DNA from: Macrostomum lignano | Lineage: Eukaryota | Direction of reading: 5' to 3' | NCBI GenBank assembly: GCA_002269645.1 | Contig: NIVC01000410.1 | Span: 1-54,867 of the forward strand | Length of the DNA stretch: 54,867 nt | Shown here: piece by piece, positions 26,130-37,789 of the stretch | How positions within the stretch are numbered: position 1 is the first letter of the stretch | How the letters are laid out: the number at the start of each line of letters is the position of its first letter | The notes under the pieces: model-generated | What the model was told of the DNA's origin: nothing | Databases searched by the model: none | The model's input: the letters and a program-made list of their open reading frames with translations, nothing else | Translations under genes and position numbers: made by a program

Positions 26130-26451
26130 GCAGTTGACAACAGCTGACTGACTGACTGACTGACTTTTTAGTTGTTAATTTTGATGCAGGCGTCGTGATT
26201 TTCTTAGAAACCACTTAATAACAAATGACTTGCAGCACTTGCGTAGTTTAAAAAATTAAAATTTTCTGACTGTTTGATGCTAGCAAAAATTGTGCCTTAT
26301 AGTTAGCCATTTGAAAGCGAATAAAGTCTAATTTGTTTTGAATTTTTATATACTCGTAATAAAATTAACACTATTAATAATATAATAAATAACTTAATTG
26401 AAATGAATCCTTTGACTTGAAGATTTGTTGTCATTCCTTAACAAATACAAA

Positions 26452-27640
26452 GTTGTGGCGCCTCCAATCTGTAAGTTGTGGCGCCTCCAATCTGTAAGTT
26501 GTGGCGCCTCCAATCTGTAAGTTGTGGTGCCTCCAATCTGTAAGTTGTGGCGCCTCCAATCTGTAAGTTGTGGTGCATCCAATCTGTAAGTTGTGGCGCC
26601 TCCAATCTGTAAGTTGTGGCGCCTCCAATCTGTAAGTTGTGGCGCCTCCAATCTGTAAGTTGTGGCGCCTCCAATCTGTAAGTTGTGGTGCATCCAATCT
26701 GTAAGTTGTGGTGCATCCAATCTGTAAGTTGTGGTGCATTCAACCTGTAAGTTGTGGCGCCTCCAATCTGTAAGTTGTGGTGCATCCAATCTGTAAGTTG
26801 TGGTGCATCCAATCTGTAAGTTGTGGTGCATTCAACCTGTAAGTTGTGGCGCCTCCAATCTGTAAGTTGTGGCGCCTCCAATCTGTAAGTTGTGGCGCCT
26901 CCAATCTGTAAGTTGTGGTGCATCCAATCTGTAAGTTGTGGTGCCTCCAATCTGTAAGTTGTGGCGCCTCCAATGTGTAAGTTGTGGCGCCCCTAATCTG
27001 TAAGTTGTGGCGCCTCCAATGTGTAAGTTGTGGCGCCCCCAATCTGTAAGTTGTGGTGCATCCAATGTGTAAGTTGTGGCGCCCCCAATCTGTAAGTCGT
27101 GTTGCATTCAACCTGTAAGTTGTGGCGCCTCCAATCTGTAAGTTGTGGTGCATCCAATCTGTAAGTTGTGGCGCCTCCAATGTGTAAGTTGTGGTGCCTC
27201 CAATCTGTAAGTTGTGGCGCCTCCAATCTGTAAGTTGTGGTGCATCCAATCTGTAAGTTGTGGCGCCTCCAATCTGTAAGTCGTGTTGCATTCAACCTGT
27301 AAGTTGTGGTGCATCCAATCTGTAAGTTGTGGCGCCTCCAATCTGTAAGTTATGGCGCCTTCAATCTGTAAGTTGTGGTGCATCCAATGTGTAAGTTGTG
27401 GTGCATCCAATCTGTAAGTCGTGTTGCATTCAACCTGTAAGTTGTGGTGCATCCAATCTGTAAGTTGTGGTGCCTCCAATGTGTAAGTTGTGGTGCCTCC
27501 AATCTGTAAGTTGTGGCGCCCCCAATCTGTAAGTTGTGGTGCATCCAATCTGTAAGTTGTGGTGCCTTCAACCTGTAAGTTGTGGCGCCCCCAATCTGGA
27601 AGTTGTGGCGCCCCCAATCTGGAAGTTGTGGCGCCTCTAA
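26452..27640. repeat. 23-bp minisatellite GTTGTGGCGCCTCCAATCTGTAA, ~52 copies
   Basis: Direct inspection. Confidence 0.98.
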
Positions 27641-27942
27641 TCCTGAAGTTGTGTTGATCTTCAATCGATTTCCGAGTGCCGATTGATCAATAACTATTAC
27701 TCCATCTAAATGTGCCTACTAATGAGTACCTAATCGAAGCATTTCCAGTACTTTACATTCCATATTTCTGCTCAATAGTATTCTCATAGAAAAAGTCAAA
27801 TCGTTGCCTCCAAAGTACATCATGCATTCAATTTAAATTATGTCATCAGAAACGCCTTAATAGTACAAACTTAAAAACGTAGAGTTTCTTTAATCAACAA
27901 TTTCTCAAGCTAGTAAAAACAAATTGGTTTAATTATCGAGAG

Positions 27943-30335
27943 TCAAACTCGTCCAGCCATATAATTGAGCTTCACTTCGGTGCTCCCGCTGGGCGTCGTT
28001 GCGTTTGGATTGATCAGCACCAGCTCCGAGTCCATCGTCTGCGATCCGTTGTTGTTGATCTTTGCCGATGCTGACGGCCTTTTCAAGACCGGCTTCTTTT
28101 GTGCAGCTTCGGTAGCTGCCGTCTTTGCTAGCAGATGCTGGTCAACATCTTCGATTCCGCAGTTGGTGCCCAGGCGTTTCTCTGCTCGTTTCCGACGTAC
28201 GTCGTAAATGCAGACGGCCAGGGCGATGAGTAGGTGTGCCGAAGCGAACAGGTAGAGCAGCGAGTAGGTCGCGGTTTGATAGAGTTGCTTCTTGGATTCG
28301 ATACCGCGGAGAACTTCAGCAATGCATTCGGCGATTTTCTGTCGATTGTAACGCTCTGAGGGCTGGTGTTGGGGCCATTTTATCCTGTGAGGCCATCATA
28401 TTCAATGTGAGGGAATTCTATTCAATGTGAGGGCATTCTATCCAATGTGAGGCCATTCTATCCAATGGGAGGCCATTCTATCCAATGGGAGGCCATTCTA
28501 TCCAATGGGAGGCCATTCTATCCAATGGGAGGCCATTCTATCCAATGTGAGGCCACTATTTCCAATGTGAGGCCATTCTATCCAATGTGAGGCCATTCTA
28601 TCCAATGTGAGGCCACTATTTCCAATGCGAGGTCATTATGTTAACTCTCTGTAAAAGGCAGCCATAACGCACCTTGGTGCCACTACCAGAGGAGTTACAC
28701 CTGGCGAGGCTACCCCTGTCAAAGCGTTGACAACTCTCTGCAGCATTGCGGAACGGCTGGAAACAGCCCGCCGCGTCGCTCCGACTCTCCACCTCGTCGC
28801 CGCTGTAGCTACCGCCGACGACAGGTCGGCAGCCGCTTCTGGCCTCCAACGACACGGTCAAGTGCTCAGTGAGGTGATCATCGATTCTAATGTATCGATC
28901 GAACGCTACCATGTAGCTGGCTAGGATGGCCTCTCCGCACAGGCCGACCAGCAGGAACACGCTCAGAGCTTTGGGGCTCTGGCAGCAGCAGGAGCAGAAG
29001 ATGCTGAGCCAAATTAGCGACACTACGAAAAACGGCACCATGGTTTTCAGGCAGGGGTCGCGATCGAGAAATGCTGAGCAGCCGCCGAGATGCTTGAGGC
29101 AGTAGGCAAAGGTGATTCCGCTTGAGCAGGTCTGGGCGAGGGTCAGGGTGACCAAGAAGGCGATGAGACCGGCCAGTCGGTGCCAGTGCCTTCTGTAGCG
29201 CGCGATCTGCGGTCGGCCGGCAACTTCTGGCGGTAGTTTTAGGATCCGATCGACGCAGTAGCAGCAGAGGGCGGACCAGCGGCTGGAAATTAAGCGTATA
29301 TAGTGCCATTTATGGGTGTAAAGTGCCATTTTGGGTGCAAAGTGCCATTTTTGAGAGCAAAGGTCCAATTTTGGGTGCAAAGGTCCAATTTTGGGTGTAA
29401 ATTGCCATTTTGAGTGTGAATTGCCATTTAAGAATATTTAGTTTTATTTTGGAAGACGAAATTGCATTAAATTGGTCAGATGTACTTTTGTAAAGCCGGC
29501 GAGAAGACTTTAGTATTGAAATCAGCCTGTCACGCCAGCTGTTTCATTTAAACTGAAATTTTAACATTAGCTATTGCACGAAACACACGCAGTGAGGGGG
29601 GTGAGTGTAAAAAAAAGTAATGGGGCTCAGATGTGACAGTAGACAGCTTTTAAAGATTCGCTAAATTTACAAGGACTTTTAAATTTCAGCATTTCCTAAA
29701 TCGATTCAACTTAAATTTCTTCAATGAGAGGTTAACTGGTGCTCTGTGTCTGTTTCTTGATTTTGTGATGGTCAACTGGCGGCCTAGATCTCAGATTACC
29801 TAGGGTGGTGTCAACTGACCTTTCCTAGAAACCTAGGAATCTAGAAACCTCGCAGATGCTTACGAGCGTAGGATGGGGTCAACTAACCTCTACTCAAATA
29901 TGCTTGTGTTGGGATCAAGTGACCTCTCCTCGCAGATTCTTAGGATGGGGTCAAGTGACCTCTCCTCCCAGATTCTTATGATGGGGGTCAACTGACCTCT
30001 GCTCGAAGATGTCTAGGATGGGGGTCAAGTGCCCCCTCGCAGATTCTTATGGTTTGACCCCTCCTCTCAGATGCTTATGCTGGGAGTCAATTGACCCCTC
30101 CTACCAGTAGATGCTTACGGTGGGGGTCAATTGACTCCCGTTCGCAGATACCCTGTGGGTCAGCAGTCCTAGCTAGTCCTTAGCCATTGCAATCATTCCT
30201 GACTCACCGACAGATGACAGCTCGAAAGCTCAGCCGACTCGGCTGCAGCATCTGTTCTCCATCATCGCTGTGACCTTGCTGCTCTGTATTCTCTTCAGCT
30301 GAATCTTCAGTCGAGCACGTTACGCGACAATTCAT
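27943..30335 (-). CDS. Divergent tetraspanin-like four-TM protein (~385 aa)
   Basis: Exons 30335-30208, 29282-28673 and 28362-27943 are in phase with GT-AG boundaries. There are three hydrophobic segments, a Cys-containing ~110-aa loop, a fourth TM (YSLLYLFASAHLLIALAVCIY) and a basic cytosolic tail. No CCG motif. Confidence 0.7.
28386..28635. repeat. 20-bp repeat GAGGCCATTCTATCCAATGT, ~12 copies (intronic)
   Basis: Direct inspection. Confidence 0.93.
29302..30140. repeat. Two degenerate intronic arrays: ~20-bp GTGCCATTTTGGGTGCAAA (29302-29420) and ~35-bp GGATGGGGTCAAGTGACCTCTCC.. (29800-30140)
   Basis: Direct inspection. Confidence 0.75.
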
Positions 30336-30469
30336 GCTAACCTGGCTTGAGGGTTAGACATGTGACTCTTTTTACAGGTGAGTTGATAAGAAAGCATGAG
30401 CATTTGAAAACAGGCGGAATAATTTCGTTTTAAAAGCAGTATTTACATCCAATATACTAAAAATGGTCT

Positions 30470-30625
30470 GTCGGTATGTGTGTGTGTGTGTATGTGTGTG
30501 TGTGTGATCGATTTTAGCAAAAACGGCTCAACCGATTTTCTTCGAACTTGCACTGTTCGATCAGAAATTTTCCCGTGACAGTACATGCATCGTGGCTAAG
30601 AAATTGCTTGATGCTAAAGGGATTA
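30470..30625. mobile_element. Possible Helentron/HINE (DINE-1-like) non-autonomous element fragment
   Basis: (TG)n followed by AAAAACGGCTCAACCGATTTT, resembling microsatellite-bearing invertebrate HINE elements. Recognition is from memory only. Confidence 0.35.
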
Positions 30626-32189
30626 AATATTCGAAAAACATGCTTTTTTGCAAAGGTCAAGCAGCTCTTTCGACTTGAAATGCATCGTAAGAATGCTAGC
30701 AGAAAAACTGACTGGTTGAATTCTGATTCTGAAATAGATTGCATCACAATACACTTTATTTATCGTCTGTGTACTGGCTGAATTTGACACTCAATTGAAT
30801 TGCGTCACAGCTTTGAGTGTGAAAGCATAGCGCAGTACTGAATTTATATTACGTAACCATATTGTAAACTTTCATAGACACTGGTACTGACTTGCCTAAG
30901 AAATTGATTATGTCATAACTGCTTCGTGTGACTTTTTACTCTACCTGACTTGGTGTGAGTGTCCTAATACTAAAACTGACGCGATGTTTGTCTGTCTGTC
31001 TGTATGCATTAAGTGAACTCCTACAATTCTGCCAAGTCAGCGTCGAAACTTATATGGGAAAACTGCAAATTTTCCGGAGCAGGCTTTAGGCTATTTTAAT
31101 TTTTAATTTTCCAATTTTAACATCCCTAAAAAAGCAGAAAACTGCTTTTTTAACCCCCAATAACCTTCTTTGGTCACTCTGCCTGGGGCTTCAGCCAGTT
31201 TGTAAAAATAGCCACCCCAACCTCCGCCCGCGGGCCGCTGTGTATTGAGGGGTGGTGGGTGCGCGTGTTCTGCGTTCAATGCAAATAAAACCCCCGCGTG
31301 TTGGGGGGGTCGAGTTAAATTTAATGCTTCCCCAGAACGGGGGTTGGGCTTGGGCTGAGTGTACATAGCAGTTGTACAGTGTAAATAGATAGACTGTGTC
31401 GAAATTCATTTGGTTTTATTATCGGCGCCTTTTTTCTCCATAGGCAGCCAGCCCTGTGTATTAGCTTGGCAGTGAAATTCAATGAATTGCGACTGCGAGC
31501 TTCTCTAGCAAGCAGTCGGGAAATCGGTAAATTTCAAACGCTAACTGTTCCTCGAGTTTTAAACTTTGAGAGGAGAGACTTATATTGCTGGAAAGATCTT
31601 GCAACGCTGAGTTTGGGGATATAAGTTGTTTGCTTTATATATGAAAAGAAAAAGCACAGCATTTGAAAAACTATTTTCATACTTTTAACTTTCTGCAAAG
31701 ATTGTACTTAGTTTTGCGAGACGTAATAGATAAAGTTGGGGGAGGGTTCAACTTCTCACTGCTGCTGTGTATTGGAGGGTTGATTTAGATTGCGCAACTG
31801 TTTATTTAACTTTAAATAAGACTGATACTGTCTGACTGAGAAATGGTTTGCGCAATTAATTGATTCAATTAATTCAACACGCAGCTCTGTGCAGCTCGAA
31901 CCCTAACCCTAACCAATGAATTCTGAAAGTTAAGTTCTTTTTGACAGAGAAAATTTCGATTGAGTCCAGTTTCACGGAGTATTCTGATGGTTTTCGGTTT
32001 CACGGAGAGGATTTATTTTTCGTGGAGAGAATTTAGATGTATTTCTGTTTTACGGAGACGATTTTGATGGATGTCAGTTTCACTCAGAGGATTTCCATGG
32101 AGCCCAGTTTCACGGAGAGGATTTCTGTTTCGCGGAGAGGATTTCTGTTTCACGGAGGGATTTTGATGGATTTGGTATCTTCAGTCAGT

Positions 32190-32612
32190 CAGTAAAGAGA
32201 GTAAAGAGAAGAGTGAAAAGAGAAGAGAGAAGAGATTATAGAAAAGAGAGTAGAGATGAGAGAGGACAGATTAGACATGACAGATGGGAGAGAAGAGGGG
32301 AGTAAGGCGGGAACGAAGAGGGAGAGAGAAGAAAAGAGGAGAGAGGAGATGAGAGGGAATATATGAGATAGCAGAGGGAGACAGGAGAGATGAGAGGAGA
32401 GAGAAGAGAGGAGCTGAGAGTAGAGGAGAAAGAAATAGTGAGATGAGGCATGAGGGATGAGAGATGAGAGAGGAGAGGAGAGAGGAGAGAGGAGAAAACA
32501 GGGGATAAAGGAGACAGAAGAGAAAGACGAAAGACGAGGGAGAAGAGATAAATAAGGTGGTAGAGATGAGAGACGTGAGAGGAGAGAAAAGAGAAGAGAG
32601 GAGACAGAAGAA
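32190..32612. repeat. GA-rich low-complexity tract
   Basis: Almost only purines on the + strand. Confidence 0.9.
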
Positions 32613-32984
32613 TCTGAGTCTGGACAATGGCAGTCAGTTTTTGCGAACAGGGAAAACAAGATATGGTATTTGAAAGGCTTTACAGAGGATTTGGAGATGA
32701 TTTGGAAGATGGGATTCAAGTCATGGAATTTCAGCTGATGGATTTCAGGGAATGGAATTCCGGTGATGGGAGTTCTTCCCCTTTCTCCTCCAGAGGAGGA
32801 GTTGGCCTCGTTGAATTATATAAGTGGTACAACATCACTGATAATTTCGATGAGAGCTAGCCTAGAGCTGAACAGACCAGACTGCTAATGCAGCGACCTA
32901 GGTTCGAATCTAAGTAGTTTAAAAGTAGTAGTGTAAAATTTTTTATTAAAAGGTTTTATTAAAGGACTAAATAAAAACACTTAG

Positions 32985-35370
32985 ATTACTGCACTCGATA
33001 AGCCAAGGATTATTGCTATTAATAAACCAAGGATTACTGCACTTGGAAAACCAAGGATTACTGCACTCGATAAACCAAGGACTATTGCTCTTGGCAAACC
33101 AAGGATTACTGCACTCAGGAAGCCAAGGATTATTGCACTTGGAAAACCAAGGATTACTGCACTCGATAAACCAAGGACTATTGCTCTTGGCAAACCAAGG
33201 ATAACTGCACTCAAGAAGCCAAGGATTATTGCTATTAATAAACCAAGGATTATTGCACTTGGAAAACCAAGGATTACTGCACTCGATAAACCAAGGACTA
33301 TTGCTCTTGGCAAACCAAGGATTACTGCACTCAAGAAGCCAAGGATTATTGCACTTGGAAAACCAAGGATTACTGCACTCGATAAACCAAGGACTATTGC
33401 ACTTGATAAACCAAGGAATATTGCACTTGATAGGCCAAGGATTACAGCACTTGATAAACCAAGGATTATTGCACTTGATAGGCCAAAGATTACTGCGCTT
33501 GATAAACCAAGGATTATTGCACTTGATAAACCAAGGATTATTGCACTTGATAAGCCAAGGATTACTGCGCTTGATAAACCAAGGATTATTGCACTTGATA
33601 AACAAAGGATTATTGCACTTGATAAACAAAGGATTATTGCACTTGATAAACAAAGGATTATTGCACTTGATAAACCAAGGATTATTGCACTTGATAAGCC
33701 AAGGATTATTGCACTTGATAAGCCATGGATTATTGCACTTGATAGTAAAGAATGTTGCACTTGATAAGCCAAGGATTAATGCACTGGATTATTCAAGGAT
33801 TATTGTATTAATAAACCAAGGACTACTCCACTCGATAAACCAAGGAATATTGCTCTTAATAAACCAAGGATTACTGCACTTGGAAAACTAAGGATTACTG
33901 CACTCGATAAACCAAAGACTATTGCACTTGATAAACCAAGGATTATTGCACTTGATAGGCCAAGGATTACTGCACTTGATAAACCAAGGATTATTGCACT
34001 TGATAGGCCAAAAATTACTGCGCTTGATAAACCAAGGATTATTGCACTTGATAAACCAAGGATTATTGCACTTGATAAGCCAAGGATTATTGCACTTGAT
34101 AAACCAATGATTATTGCAGTTGATAAGCCAAGGATTATTGCATCTGATAAACCAAAGATTATTGCACTTGATAAACCAAGGATTATTGCACTTGATAAAC
34201 AAAGGATTATTGCACTTGATAGGCCAAAGATTACTGCGCTTGATAAACCAAGGATTATTGCACTTGATAAACCAAGGATTATTGCACTTGATAAGCCAAG
34301 GATTATTGCACTTGATAAACCAAGGATTATTGCAGTTGATAAGCCAAGGATTATTGCATCTGATAAACCAAGGATTATTGCACTTGATAAACCAAGGATT
34401 ATTGCACTTGATAAACCAAGGATTATTGCACTTGATAAACCAAGGATTATTGCTCTTGGCAAACCAAGGATTACTGCACTCGATAAGCCAAGGATTATTG
34501 CTCTTAATAAACCAAGGATTACTGCACTTGGAAAACTAAGGATTACTGCACTCGATAAACTAAGGATTATTGCTCTTGGCAAACCAAGGATTATTGCACT
34601 TGATAGGCCAAGGATTACTGCACTTGATAAACCAAGGATTATTGCACTTGATAAACCAAGGATTATTGCACTTGATAAGCCAAGGATTATTGCACTTGAT
34701 AGGCCAAGGATTACTGCGCTTGATAAACCAAGGATTATTGCACTTGATAAACCAAGGATTATTGCAGTTGATAAGCCAAGGATTATTGCACTTGATAAAC
34801 CAAGGATTATTACACTTGATAAACCAAGGATTATTGCACTTGATAAACCAAGGATTATTGCACTTGATAGGCCAAGGATTACTGCACTTGATAAACCAAG
34901 GATTATTGCACTTGATAGGCCAAAGATTACTGCGCTTGATAAACCAAGGATTATTGCAGTTGATAAGCCAAGGATTATTGCACTTGATAAACCAAGGATT
35001 ATTTCACTTGATAAACCAAGGATTATTGCACTTGATAAACAAATATTGCACTTGATAAACCAAGGATTATTGCACCTGATAAGCCAAGGATTACTGCGCT
35101 AGATAAACCAAGGATTATTGCACTTAATAAACCAAGGATTATTGCACTTAATAAACCAAGGATTATTGCACTTGATAAACCAAGGATTATTGCACTTGAT
35201 AAACAAAGGATTATTGCACTTGATAAACCAAGGATTATTGCACTTTATAAGCCAAAGATTACTGCACTTGATAAACCAAGGATTATTGCACTTGATAAAC
35301 CAAGGATTATTGCACTTGATTAATCAAGGATTATTGGTATTAATAAACCAAGGATTATTGCACTAGCTGA
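32985..35370. repeat. 24-bp minisatellite TTGCACTTGATAAACCAAGGATTA, ~100 copies
   Basis: Direct inspection; 8-residue periodicity in the ORF track. Confidence 0.98.
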
Positions 35371-35574
35371 GAAGCTGATTACTGCGCTGTCTAAAAAAGA
35401 GATTATTGCGCTCGCTGAGACGTGGATTGTTGCACAACCTGAGAAAGCGATTATTGCATTAGCGGAAGTAACATTTGCACTAGCTACTTGCTGTCTCGTG
35501 ATGCTTGCTCTCGAGGGGGGATACTTGCTATTTGGGAGAGGGGGTACTGGCTACATGCATGGGATTCTTTCTAT

Positions 35575-35825
35575 CCAGGGATGCTTGCTATTCAGGGATT
35601 CTTGCTATCTGCAGGATGCTTGCTATTTAGGGATTCTTGCTATCTGCAGGATGCTTGCTATTTAGGGATTCTTGCTATCTGCAGGATGCTTGCTATCTGG
35701 GTGGATGCTTGCTATCTGGGTGGATGCTTCTATAATATCTGGGGGGTGCTTGCTAATCTGCAGATGCTTGCTATCTGTGGTGATTCTTGCTATGAGCATT
35801 AGAGGATGCTTGCTATCTGCGATTG
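35575..35825. repeat. Degenerate 17-18-bp repeat GGATGCTTGCTATCTGC
   Basis: Direct inspection. Confidence 0.85.
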
Positions 35826-36164
35826 TTCACTTTTGGAGGGGGTTGCTTGCTGTCTTGGGAATATTTTCTATTTAGGGAAACGATATTTTGTTGACTGTTT
35901 GTTAATTTTAGAGAAAATGTGATTTTTTAATTTTGCAAACATCTTAGTCCGTGACAATTTTACACGAATAAGGTGATTTTTAAAATGTGAAGAAGGAATT
36001 AGTGTTTAAGAAAATGTGTTTTGTTATTGTTTTCCATGAACTATTTTTGCTCCTTTCTTATTGGGCGCCCCGAAGGGGGGCCGCACTAGATTGCTAGTCC
36101 TGTCTATAAGTGCGATTGAGGATAAAATTATTGGGTTTAAAATAGGCTGGAAATGTACTTTTTA

Positions 36165-37322
36165 AAGGAGAAGGCAGAAGAGAGAGAATTTAAGACAGCA
36201 TAGTAATGGAGAGAAGAGAGGAAATGAGAGAAGCGAAGAGAGAGATGAGAAAAATGGGAAGAGGAGAGGAGAGGAGAGGAGAGACAGGAAAGGGGAGAGA
36301 GGGGAGGAGAGAAAAGAGGAGAGAGAATGGGGAGAGGAGAGGAGAGAGAATGGGGAGAAAAGAGGAGAGAGAATGGGGAGAGGAGAGGAGAGAGAATGGG
36401 GAGAGGAGAGGAGAGAGAATGGGGAGAAAAGAGGAGAGAGAATGGGGAGAGAAGAGGAGAGAGAATGGGGAGAGAAGAGGAGAGAGAATGGGGAGAAAAG
36501 AGGAGAGAGAATGGGGAGAAAAGAGGAGAGAGAATGGGGAGAGGAGAGGAGAGAGAATGGGGAGAGGAGAGGAGAGAGAATGGGGAGAAAAGAGGAGAGA
36601 GAATGGGGAGAGGAGAGGAGAGAGAATGGGGAGAGTAGAGGAGAGAGAATGGGGAGAGGAGAGGAGAGAGAATGGGGAGAGTAGAGGAGAGAGAATGGGG
36701 AGAGTAGAGGAGAGAGAATGGGGAGAGGAGAGGAGAGAGAATGGGGAGAGTAGAGGAGAGAGAATGGGGAGAGGAGAGGAGAGAGAATGGGGAGAGGAGA
36801 GGAGAGAGAATGGGGAGAGGAGAGGAGAGAGAATGGGGAGAGGAGAGGAGAGAGAATGGGGAGAAAAGAGGAGAGAGAATGGGGAGAAAAGAGGAGAGAG
36901 AATGGGGAGAAAAGAGGAGAGAGAATGGGGAGAGGAGAGGAGAGAGAATGGGGAGAGGAGAGGAGAGAGAATGGGGAGAGGAGAGGAGAGAGAATGGGGA
37001 GAGGAGAGGAGAGAGAATGGGGAGAAAAGAGGAGAGAGAATGGGGAGAAAAGAGGAGAGAGAATGGGGAGAAAAGAGGAGAGAGAATGGGGAGAAAAGAG
37101 GAGAGAGAATGGGGAGAGGAGAGGAGAGAGAATGGGGAGAAAAGAGGAGAGAGAATGGGGAGAGGAGAGGAGAGAGAATGGGGAGAGGAGAGGAGAGAGA
37201 ATGGGGAGAAAAGAGGAGAGAGAATGGGGAGAAAAGAGGAGAGAGAATGGGGAGAAAAGAGGAGAGAGAATGGGGAGAAAAGAGGAGAGAGAATGGGGAG
37301 AGGAGAGGAGAGAGAGAAGAGA
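36165..37322. repeat. 23-bp purine minisatellite GGAGAGAGAATGGGGAGAGGAGA, ~43 copies
   Basis: Direct inspection. Confidence 0.97.
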
Positions 37323-37789
37323 AGAAAGATCCATTTTGAACAGACGTGGTAAAATCTACGTGTACTTTAAATATTGAAAAAAAGTTATACTCGTACTTCA
37401 GTGATTAAGCGTTAAAAAGTCTCCCATTTAAAAGAATTTAAAAGTCACCCAGACATTCTACAAAACACAAGCTGCAGATAACAGAAAGCAGAAAAAAAAT
37501 TCTGGATTCAATTCGCTTCATTTAAATTGCGCCGCAAAGAGTGGCGCTTTTCCAGTTGGCATTAAATTATTAAAATCGACAAGATCGTGCTTAGAATTAA
37601 AATATCTTCTCTCACAAAAATGGCTTAGACGTGATAAAAAGACTGATGTTTTTGTCAAGAAACAAATCTCAAGGGAATCTGCGATTGAGTCCAATTTCTT
37701 CGTCTGCTAACATGGAAAACTTAGTACTTTCGGCGCTACTTTGAGTACAAGCGGGCGCTATTTTTCTTACTAAAGGTACCACTTTCGAG

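Noticed and set aside
31900-31913. Interstitial telomeric CCCTAA repeats
   Set aside because: Only two units, which is expected by chance. The (CTAA)n tract at 162-546 is also not TTAGGG.
32857-32915. tRNA-Ser(GCT)-like fragment (GACTGCTAAT..GGTTCGAATC)
   Set aside because: No acceptor stem and a poor D-arm; at most a decayed SINE head or pseudo-tRNA.
26394-37377. Long periodic ORFs (APQLTDW, HLINQGLL, IIALDKPR, ERRG) that could look like LRR or repeat proteins
   Set aside because: Open in several frames and on both strands; they follow 23- and 24-bp DNA periodicity.
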